Assembly: GCA_029260255.1 (NCBI GenBank)
Contig: JAJDDR010000512.1
Location: forward strand, 1 to 11,586
From: Phycisphaerae bacterium
GTDB taxonomy: Bacteria; Planctomycetota; Phycisphaerae; UBA1845
Direction: 5' to 3'
DNA: 11,586 nt
Part shown: piece by piece, positions 1 through 6,027 of the stretch
How positions within the stretch are numbered: position 1 is the stretch's first letter
Layout: each line of letters opens with the position of its first letter
Notes under the pieces: model-generated
Databases searched by the model: none
What the model saw: only the letters and a program-made list of their open reading frames with translations
What the model was told of the DNA's origin: nothing
Translations under genes and position numbers: made by a program

Positions 1-96
1 GTTGGGCGTGCGGGCGGCTTGCAGCGGCGTTCTGCCGTCCAACTCGGGGACGGGGTCGTCGGCCGCGCCGTCGGGCAGGATGATGGCATACTTCAT
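1..96 (-). CDS. N-terminal 32 codons of a cofactor-independent phosphoglycerate mutase family metalloenzyme (archaeal-type ApgM-like). The gene continues past the window start.
   Basis: The reverse complement of 96..1 reads ATG AAG TAT GCC ATC ATC CTG CCC GAC GGC ..., giving MKYAIILPDGAADDPVPELDGRTPLQAARTPN with no stop. This is the characteristic N-terminus (MKY-IL-PDG-AD-P---L-G-TPL--A-TPN) of the archaeal-type 2,3-bisphosphoglycerate-independent PGM / proposed homoserine-kinase family. A GAGGAGG Shine-Dalgarno lies 8 nt upstream of the ATG (complement of 105..111). The six-frame track missed it because it is truncated by the window edge. Confidence 0.6.
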   Translation of the reverse strand, partial: MKYAIILPDGAADDPVPELDGRTPLQAARTPN

Positions 97-200
97 GCGG
101 TGCGCCTCCTCTTCGCTCGCTCTGACGCAGGCAGCATACGCGCGGCGTGGGATCAGGTAAACGGTCTCGCAGCCGACGTCGTGCGTGGCAGTTCGGGTGG

Positions 201-224
201 CATGGCCACGCTTGCGTGGCCATG
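201..224. promoter_or_regulatory. 24-bp inverted repeat CATGGCCACGC-tt-GCGTGGCCATG (perfect 11-bp arms). Candidate operator or hairpin in the divergent apgM-like/metB-like promoter region.
   Basis: Read directly from the sequence: the arms are exact reverse complements. It lies in the 315-bp divergent intergenic region 97..411. An extra GCGTGGC half-site is at 183..189. Confidence 0.4.
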
Positions 225-243
225 TGCCTGGAACCTGTCGCCC

Positions 244-267
244 CATGCCCACGCAAGCGTGGGCATG
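244..267. promoter_or_regulatory. Second 24-bp inverted repeat CATGCCCACGC-aa-GCGTGGGCATG (perfect 11-bp arms). It is a near-copy, in reverse-complement orientation, of the element at 201..224.
   Basis: Read directly from the sequence. It differs from the reverse complement of element 1 only at the symmetric G/C position 5. The centre-to-centre spacing to element 1 is 43 bp, about four helical turns. Confidence 0.4.
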
Positions 268-411
268 CCACCCAACGCCGGTTGCCCGGGACAATCGCCT
301 CTGCTACCGTACCGGCGAAATCGCCCATGCGAACCGGGGACTTTGCTCGGCGGGCGCATTCCGGCGCGCGGTCGTCGCCGCGCTCGAAGTGTTCTGACGC
401 ATTAGACAACG

Positions 412-1569
412 ATGAAGGAGCTTGCGGTGAAGTTTGACACAAGAGTCGTGCGAGCGGGAATGACGCCGGATCCAACCACGGGTGCAGTTGTGCCGCCTAT
501 TTACCAGACCGCGACGTACGTTCTGGAAGAGGTGGGCCGGGACAAAGGCTTCGACTACACGCGATCGACGAACCCGACGCGCCAGACGATGGAGGAGCAA
601 CTCGCGGCCATCGAAGGCGGCAAGCACGCCGTTGCGTTCTCGAGCGGGATGGCGTCGGTGGACAGTTGCCTGAAGCTTCTTAAGTCGGGCGACCACGTGG
701 TGTGCTCCGACGACGTTTACGGCGGCGTGTCGCGACTGTTCAACACGGTGCTCACCAACTACGGTCTGAGTTTCACGTATGTCGATTCCTCGAACCCGGA
801 CAAGGTGCGCGAGGCGATTCAGCCGACGACCAAGATGCTCTGGGTGGAGACGCCGACCAACCCGTTGCTCAAGGTGACCGACCTGGCCGCGATGTCGGAG
901 ATCGCGAAGAAGCACGACCTGATCTTCGGCGTGGATTCGACGTTCGCCACGCCCGTGTTTCTCCGGCCGTTGGAGTACGGCGCCGACATTGCCATGCACA
1001 GCACGACGAAGTATCTCAGCGGGCACAATCAGTTGATCGGCGGAGTCGTCATCACCAATCGGCAGGACATCTTCGATCACATGAAGTACGTGCAGAAGAC
1101 GATCGGCGCCGTTCCCAGCCCGTTCGACTGCTGGCTCACGATGCTCGGCGTCAAGACGCTTCACCTTCGGATGAAGAGGCACGCCTCGAACGCACAGGTG
1201 GTGGCGGAGTTCCTCGAAGCACATCCGAAGGTCGAGCGAGTGTCGTACCCCGGGCTCGCCTCTCACCCGCAGCATGAAATCGCCAAGGCACAGATGAGCG
1301 GGTTCAGCGGCATGATCTCGTTCGAGCTGGTCGGCGGAATCGCAGCGGGCAAAACAGTGATGAACAACGTCAAGCTATGCGCGCTCGCCGAGAGCCTCGG
1401 CGCCGTGGAGACCATGATCACCCACCCGGCGACCATGACGCACGTGGACGTCCCGCGCGAGGAGCGCTGCGCCAGAGGACTGACCGACGGGCTGGTGCGC
1501 ATCTCGGTGGGCATCGAGGATCCCGACGACATCGTGGCCGACCTCGCCGCGGCACTCGAAAGGGCTTGA
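412..1569 (+). CDS. PLP-dependent Cys/Met-metabolism enzyme of the trans-sulfuration family (cystathionine gamma-synthase, cystathionine beta/gamma-lyase or methionine gamma-lyase type).
   Basis: 385-aa ORF with the full family signature. It has an N-terminal RAG...VPPIYQTATY segment, a glycine-rich PLP-phosphate loop (SSGMAS), and DSTFATPVFLRPLEYGADIAMHSTTKYLSGH carrying the PLP-lysine (TTKY). Length and motif order match MetB, MetC and MegL. The start is ambiguous: ATG 412 has no Shine-Dalgarno, whereas the in-frame GTG 427 is preceded by AAGGAG at a 6-nt spacing. The subfamily (synthase or lyase) cannot be decided by eye. Confidence 0.9.
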   Translation: MKELAVKFDTRVVRAGMTPDPTTGAVVPPIYQTATYVLEEVGRDKGFDYTRSTNPTRQTMEEQLAAIEGGKHAVAFSSGMASVDSCLKLLKSGDHVVCSDDVYGGVSRLFNTVLTNYGLSFTYVDSSNPDKVREAIQPTTKMLWVETPTNPLLKVTDLAAMSEIAKKHDLIFGVDSTFATPVFLRPLEYGADIAMHSTTKYLSGHNQLIGGVVITNRQDIFDHMKYVQKTIGAVPSPFDCWLTMLGVKTLHLRMKRHASNAQVVAEFLEAHPKVERVSYPGLASHPQHEIAKAQMSGFSGMISFELVGGIAAGKTVMNNVKLCALAESLGAVETMITHPATMTHVDVPREERCARGLTDGLVRISVGIEDPDDIVADLAAALERA

Positions 1570-1616
1570 CCCCTTCTCTCAGCCTGCGACCAGCGATCTT
1601 GGCATGCCAAGCGTAG

Positions 1617-1640
1617 GGCGGGTTCCACCCGCCTTAATGC
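1617..1640 (+). terminator. Possible intrinsic terminator of the trans-sulfuration gene: GGGCGGG-ttcca-CCCGCC stem-loop followed by TTAATGC.
   Basis: A 6-7 bp GC stem with a 5-nt loop lies 48 nt after the stop. The downstream tract is only weakly U-rich. It is preceded by a perfect 14-bp palindrome, CTTGGCATGCCAAG, at 1598..1611. Confidence 0.3.
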
Positions 1641-2012
1641 TCCGTTCACAAACTCTGAACCGACAACGTGCGCGCCCGATTTCCGAACGCGGCACAACCC
1701 GGCCGAGCACAGACCGCACACACGAACTGACCGGTCACGGTCGAAGTGTGCGGCACGTTCGCGCGATTAGCCGTACAGTGCAAAGTGGTCAGAACCGCGC
1801 CCGTCAGGAAGCGGCCTCGCGCGCATGAGGCGTTTGCGAGGGTTCGGCGCCGCTCCTTAACAGTCGCGGTTCTGCCACTGTGTCGACCTTGCGCTGTACT
1901 GTTAGGGTCCGGGCGCATCGCTGCACACGTCCAGCACCCCGCGACCCTGTGCATCCACCTCCGGCGTGGTATGATTCTTCCCGCGAACAACTCACAACGA
2001 CGGAGTGCCCGA

Positions 2013-2141
2013 ATGCAGGATCAGATCAAAGACCTCACGGACCGTGTCGCCCGCCTCGAAAAGCAAGTTCGGGCCGTCGCGCTCATGTGTGTTGTGGTCG
2101 CATTTGTCGCCGCGACCGCGTTCTGGATGCCGCTGTTGTGA
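2013..2141 (+). CDS. Hypothetical 42-aa small membrane protein with an N-terminal coiled-coil-like segment and one C-terminal transmembrane helix.
   Basis: ATG 2013 with GGAG 7 nt upstream. It encodes MQDQIKDLTDRVARLEKQVRAVALMCVVVAFVAATAFWMPLL, an amphipathic heptad-like N-terminus followed by a 20-residue hydrophobic stretch. The longer six-frame ORF 1746..2141 is Arg-rich nonsense upstream of this ATG. Confidence 0.3.
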   Translation: MQDQIKDLTDRVARLEKQVRAVALMCVVVAFVAATAFWMPLL

Positions 2142-2584
2142 AGACCGCGCCGCGTGCCCCTTATCAAGGTGCGTCGCTGCAGCATTCGCGATTCCGCAAG
2201 TGGCGCGAGTGGGTGGGGTTGGTCGGGTGTGTGGTGATTGTGGCGCCGGCCGATGCAATGCGACGCGGTGCCCGTCGCGCTGACCACACCTCGACCGGGG
2301 ACGCAGAGCCGGCCCCGCGCGGGATACGCCGCCGCCCGAAGCCGCTCGACGACAGACCCGACGTGACACCGGAAGCCGACCGCCCTCGTCCCGAACGGCG
2401 CCAAAAATCGCCCATATTGACCCGGAACACGGGCGCGCCGAAATCGAGCAGAAATCTGCGCACCGCCGCGCCCTTATATAGGTAGGGAGACAGCCGCCCC
2501 GGCGTTCCGAACACGCCGCCAGCCGATCGGAAGCGTCCGGCGAGAACACAAACGAGAGTGCCTTGTGCGAAGCGTCGATATGCC

Positions 2585-2710
2585 TAGGACATGTGAAAAA
2601 ATGGACCCAAAACACCGTTTCCAGACTGCAAACGCCGATTTTGCAGCGAAACGAAAAGCCGCAATGACGAAACGAACCCATTTGCAAGTCTCACTGCAAT
2701 TTCGCAGATG
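2585..2710. promoter_or_regulatory. AT-richer island packed with short inverted and direct repeats inside an otherwise GC-rich non-coding stretch of about 890 bp. Candidate regulatory region or small RNA.
   Basis: It contains an inverted repeat CTGCAAA-N7-TTTGCAG at 2626..2646. It contains the direct repeat CGAAACGAA twice, at 2647..2655 and 2668..2676, 21 bp apart. It contains an inverted repeat TTGCA-N7-TGCAA at 2682..2698. TTGCA/TGCAA half-sites occur four times in all, and there is an A6 tract at 2595..2600. No credible ORF covers it on either strand. Confidence 0.3.
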
Positions 2711-3083
2711 GGGCGTGAGGCTCCGAAACAGCCCGTCCGAAGCAGCCTCGATGGCGGACGCGTCCGCAACCACGCGTCGCGAAGAGCCCCCGGGCGCGGC
2801 GCCTGCAGGCGTAGGACCGCTGCACGACCCGCCGGGCGGATACCGTCCGTTCCGTGGGAAGTGCCAGCTCAATGGCACTACGCGACCGACCGGGTCGGGC
2901 GACGCGGAATCGACTTGCCGGCCCCCCGGGACGTGCTCAGGCAGGCATCGGTCGAATCTTGCGTGATCCGTTCGGAAACGGTTCGGCGTTTGTAATGGGC
3001 AGTTCGCGTCGCCTGATGTAAACTGTAGGGAGATGGTCGCCCCGTCTATTGCGACCTGGATCTCGCAACGCGGAGCAGGAGTC

Positions 3084-3803
3084 ATGATCTTACTGGCAGC
3101 ATCGATTCTGGAGTTTTCACCGTTGGCGGCGCTGACGACGGCGGGCATGCTTTACCTGATCTGCCTGATCGTCGGTGGCGGGCTTCTGCTGGTGTCGACT
3201 TTTCTCGGCGGTGACGCCGACGTTGACGTCGACGGCGGCGCCGATTTTGATTTCGACGCGGACCCGGATATCGACTTCGACGGCGACGTGGACCTGGACG
3301 CTGATGTCGCAGCGGATGCACCCGGGCTCTCGATCACCGACTGGTTCTCGACGCGATTCCTGGTGTACTTCGCGGCCGCGTTCGGGCTGGTCGGCACCGT
3401 GCTGACGTACACGTCAGCCATGGGATCGACGGCGATCCTGGTGAGCGCATTGGTGGGCGGCGTGATCGTGGGACAACTCGTCCATCAGGTGTTTCGAGCG
3501 CTGCGCAAGACCAGCGGCAACACACAAACCACGCGGCGAGACTACGTCAATCGCCGCGCCCGCGTGACGATCGCCATCGAGCCGCCGCGGCGCGGTGAAG
3601 TCGCGTTGCGCGTGCGCGGGCGCGAGCGTTTCGTGCCGTCGACGTCACAGCGGTCCGATGACCGATTCGTGGTCGGCGACAGCGTGGCCATCGTGGCGTT
3701 TGACAACGGAACGGCGGAGGTCGTTTCGCTGAGGGAATACGAGTTTCTGGCTGAATCCAAGGCAGGAGGCAACGATGAACACGACACTGATGGCACAGCT
3801 TAA
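3084..3803 (+). CDS. NfeD-like membrane protein (YuaF/COG1585 type; membrane anchor plus C-terminal OB-fold), the partner of the downstream flotillin.
   Basis: Two N-terminal hydrophobic helices (MILLAASILEFSPLAAL..LICLIVGGGLLLVSTFLGG) are followed by an acidic D-x-D repeat linker and two more helices. A C-terminal beta-rich segment (RARVTIAIEPP..GEVALRVRG..FVVGDSVAIVAFDNGTAEVVSL) is typical of the NfeD OB-fold. It sits immediately upstream of, and overlaps, an SPFH/flotillin gene, which is the classic nfeD-flotillin operon. ATG 3084 has GGAG 8 nt upstream. The longest ORF begins at ATG 3033, but that ATG directly abuts GGGAG. Confidence 0.8.
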   Translation: MILLAASILEFSPLAALTTAGMLYLICLIVGGGLLLVSTFLGGDADVDVDGGADFDFDADPDIDFDGDVDLDADVAADAPGLSITDWFSTRFLVYFAAAFGLVGTVLTYTSAMGSTAILVSALVGGVIVGQLVHQVFRALRKTSGNTQTTRRDYVNRRARVTIAIEPPRRGEVALRVRGRERFVPSTSQRSDDRFVVGDSVAIVAFDNGTAEVVSLREYEFLAESKAGGNDEHDTDGTA

Positions 3804-5121
3804 TTCCGAGACCGTTGTTCTGATCGGCGGCGGCATTCTGTTCATGATCGTCGCGGCGGCGGTCCTGGTCGCCAAGATCATGGTGGTCGGGAACCCCAGC
3901 GAGTTGCTGGTGATCAGCGGGAAGCAGACGCGTGGCGGGGACGGTTATCGCACGCTGATCGGCGGGCGCACGATGGTGATCCCGATCATCGAAAAGGTCG
4001 CCCGCGTCAGCCTGCGAAACATGCAGGTCGGGCTCGAGGTGAAGGCCCAGTCCGGCGGCGGGAGGATGATCCCGGTCACCGTGACCGGAGTGGCCAACGT
4101 GAAGGTATCGTCTGAACCGGACGTGCGTGGCAACGCCATCGAACGATTCCTGGGTCAACCGCAGACGGAATTGCAGCGCGTCGCGCGCGAAACGCTCGAG
4201 GGCGGCTTGCGCGCGGTGATCGGCAAGATGACGCCGGAGGAGATCGTCGAGGATCGCGATAAGTTCGTGGCGACGGTGATGAACGAAGTCACCGACGACT
4301 TCTGCAAACTCGGGATGGTGATCGACAGCGTCAATATCCAGAACGTACACGACGAGGACCAGTACCTCGAATCGATCGCCCGCAAGGCGTCGGCGCAGGT
4401 CCGTGCGGACGCTCGCCAATACGAAGCCCAGCGCAAATCGGAGGCCGACATCAAGGAAGCGGAGGCGGACGCTCTGGCGCGCGGAGCGCGTGCCGAACGA
4501 GACGCCGAGGCAAAAGAGACGGAGGCGCGCGGACGGCAGCGCGCCGAGCAGGCGCGACTCAGCGCGGAAACCGCCATCGCAGAATCCGACAACGCCCTGC
4601 GCATAAGGCGCGCGGAACTGGCCCGCGAGGCCGAACTCCGTGAAGCGGAAACGCAACAGGCTGCGGCGCAGGCCGAGGAGGCCCGCCTGTTCGCCACCAC
4701 GGTCAAACTGGCCGACGCCAATCGGGACGCGGCCAAGGCGAAGGCCGAGGGTGACGCCGCGTCCATCGTGGAAGAGGGAAAGGCACGCGCTTCCGCGATC
4801 GAGCAGATCGGCAAGGCGATCCACGCGCATCCGGATGCGCTGAAGGTCATTCTCGCCGAGATGCTGCCCGGCGTCGTGCAGGAACTCAGCAAGACCATCC
4901 AGGGCGTCGAGTTGGGCGACATCACGGTATTCGATGGCGGCAGCGGCAGCGCCATTGCCGGCGCGGCCATGAGCCGGGCGCGGATGCTGTCGGAATCGAT
5001 GGGGACGCTCGAGTCGGTGCTCGGCATCGACCTGCGCGATCTCACAAAGACGATCGCGGGCAACGTGACGAGTAATTCCAAGGGCGACGGCGCCCCCCGA
5101 ATCGCCGACGCAACGGCGTAG
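3775..5121 (+). CDS. Flotillin-like SPFH/Band-7 protein (FloT/YuaG type).
   Basis: 448 aa. It has an N-terminal membrane anchor (VVLIGGGILFMIVAAAVLVAKIMVV) and an SPFH/PHB core (ELLVISGKQTRGGDGYRTLIGGRTMVIPIIEKV...). A long E/A/R-rich coiled-coil 'flotillin' region follows (AQRKSEADIKEAEADALARGARAERDAEAKETEARGRQRAEQARL...). A strong GGAGG Shine-Dalgarno lies 5 nt upstream of ATG 3775. The gene overlaps the NfeD-like gene by 29 nt. Confidence 0.9.
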   Translation: MNTTLMAQLNSETVVLIGGGILFMIVAAAVLVAKIMVVGNPSELLVISGKQTRGGDGYRTLIGGRTMVIPIIEKVARVSLRNMQVGLEVKAQSGGGRMIPVTVTGVANVKVSSEPDVRGNAIERFLGQPQTELQRVARETLEGGLRAVIGKMTPEEIVEDRDKFVATVMNEVTDDFCKLGMVIDSVNIQNVHDEDQYLESIARKASAQVRADARQYEAQRKSEADIKEAEADALARGARAERDAEAKETEARGRQRAEQARLSAETAIAESDNALRIRRAELAREAELREAETQQAAAQAEEARLFATTVKLADANRDAAKAKAEGDAASIVEEGKARASAIEQIGKAIHAHPDALKVILAEMLPGVVQELSKTIQGVELGDITVFDGGSGSAIAGAAMSRARMLSESMGTLESVLGIDLRDLTKTIAGNVTSNSKGDGAPRIADATA

Positions 5122-5162
5122 CGCGTTTGGCGCGGCGTGTTGGCTGGGACGAAGCGTTGGAG

Positions 5163-5735
5163 TCAATCGGCGTTCTTGACCGCCTTCAGCGCGTAGCTCC
5201 AGTGCATGTGGTCTTCGAGGGTCAGGTAGATCATCTCCCAGTCGTACTCGGCACAGAATTCGTGGACGGCTTGGACGACGCCGTACGCGATGCTCTGCGC
5301 AATGCTGCCCTGGCAGTAGTCATGACCGGCGATGATGCCGCCTGACTTGACCTTGCTCCGGCATAGCTCGAGTTCCTTGACGGTCTGCTCGTAGGCATGA
5401 CTCGTGTCGATGTACACCCAGTCGAAGTAGTCGTCTTCGAACTCGGCCAGCCGGGCCAGCGAATCGCCTTTGTGAATTGTGACGCGATCGGAGGCAACCT
5501 CATCGGCGAACCGTTCCCTGACGGACTTCTCTTTGGCGTCGCCGAATCGTTCGCTTCCCCACATGTCAATGAGGTGCAGTTTCGCAGGCTGTGTGAGCTT
5601 CAGTATCCTGGCGGAGAAGCCACCCTCGTCCACGCCCAGCTCCGCAATGACCCCGTTCTTGGGAAGCATCTGGAGCATCTTCGATCGTCGGGGCAGCGCG
5701 TTGAGGTTTCGCAGGTGTCTTCTGTGAATGGACAT
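5163..5735 (-). CDS. Class I SAM-dependent methyltransferase (small stand-alone O-/C-methyltransferase-like protein). The substrate is unknown.
   Basis: Motif I is VIAELGVDEGGFS (E/D-x-G-x-G-x-G-like). An acidic residue ends beta-2 (HLIDMW). The post-motif-II segment is DWVYIDTSHAYEQT...SGGIIAGHDY. The ORF extends to 5777, but the first ATG (5735) has GGGGA 5 nt upstream. It is convergent with the flotillin gene. Confidence 0.8.
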   Translation of the reverse strand: MSIHRRHLRNLNALPRRSKMLQMLPKNGVIAELGVDEGGFSARILKLTQPAKLHLIDMWGSERFGDAKEKSVRERFADEVASDRVTIHKGDSLARLAEFEDDYFDWVYIDTSHAYEQTVKELELCRSKVKSGGIIAGHDYCQGSIAQSIAYGVVQAVHEFCAEYDWEMIYLTLEDHMHWSYALKAVKNAD

Positions 5736-6027
5736 ATCGATCCCCGGGTTTCGTCGGATTCCAGCGGCCGGCAGCATGCCGCGTGCGTCATAGCGGCGTC
5801 GCGTCTACTGCCCGAGGGCCCATCGTGCGCCCGGTGACCCGCATTGTCTCCGAGTGACGTCAGCGTATGCTATGATACACCGTGCCTGCCGACAAGTCCT
5901 CGGACGTCGGCCGTGCTTGTTGCAAGCCGGGGTTCCCGGCGGAATCGAACCGAGGATCGGGGCGTCGGCGCGCGTTGCGCGCGGGCGGCTTCATCGTCGG
6001 GCTAACTTCAAACCGTGGAGACCGTGG

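Noticed and set aside
97-411. SAM riboswitch (S-box or SAM-II) upstream of the met-family gene
   Set aside because: I looked for S-box core strings (GAGGGA..GGCCC..GAA..CCCGGCAACC) and the SAM-II AAAGCU box. Only an isolated CCCGGGCAACC on the minus strand (complement of 279..289) matched, and it lacked the partner elements.
304-1275. 323-aa minus-strand ORF antisense to the trans-sulfuration gene, and the plus-strand ORFs 19..405, 147..437, 482..673 and 702..1277
   Set aside because: They are Arg/His/Val-rich with no domain-like segments and lie in frames overlapping a clearly real gene. They are the usual long spurious ORFs of high-GC DNA.
2620-2705. Sigma-54 promoter suggested by the repeated TTGCA elements
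   Set aside because: No TGGCAC (-24) element lies at the required 4-5 nt spacing upstream of any TTGCA copy.
1880-3148. ORFs 1880..2485(+), 1992..2687(-), 2021..2404(-), 2474..3148(-), 2565..2966(+) and 2708..2995(+) in the large non-coding gap
   Set aside because: All are Arg/Pro/Cys/Trp-rich with no hydrophobic-core periodicity and no Shine-Dalgarno. They overlap each other in different frames. The region is better explained as non-coding.
5122-5162. Intrinsic terminator between the convergent flotillin and SAM-MTase genes
   Set aside because: There is only a 4-bp CGCG/CGCG pairing and no U-tract, which is not enough to call.
3547-5166. 539-aa and 308-aa minus-strand ORFs (3547..5166 and 4155..5081) antisense to the flotillin gene
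   Set aside because: They are low-complexity Ala/Ser/Arg runs that mirror the GC-rich EA-repeat region of flotillin, with no start context.
5925-6000. Possible tRNA gene on the minus strand suggested by the exact GGTTCGATTCC T-loop string
   Set aside because: The flanks cannot form a 5-bp T-stem (only 3 bp pair). No acceptor stem or CCA-proximal pairing was found, and no D- or anticodon arms could be folded on either strand.
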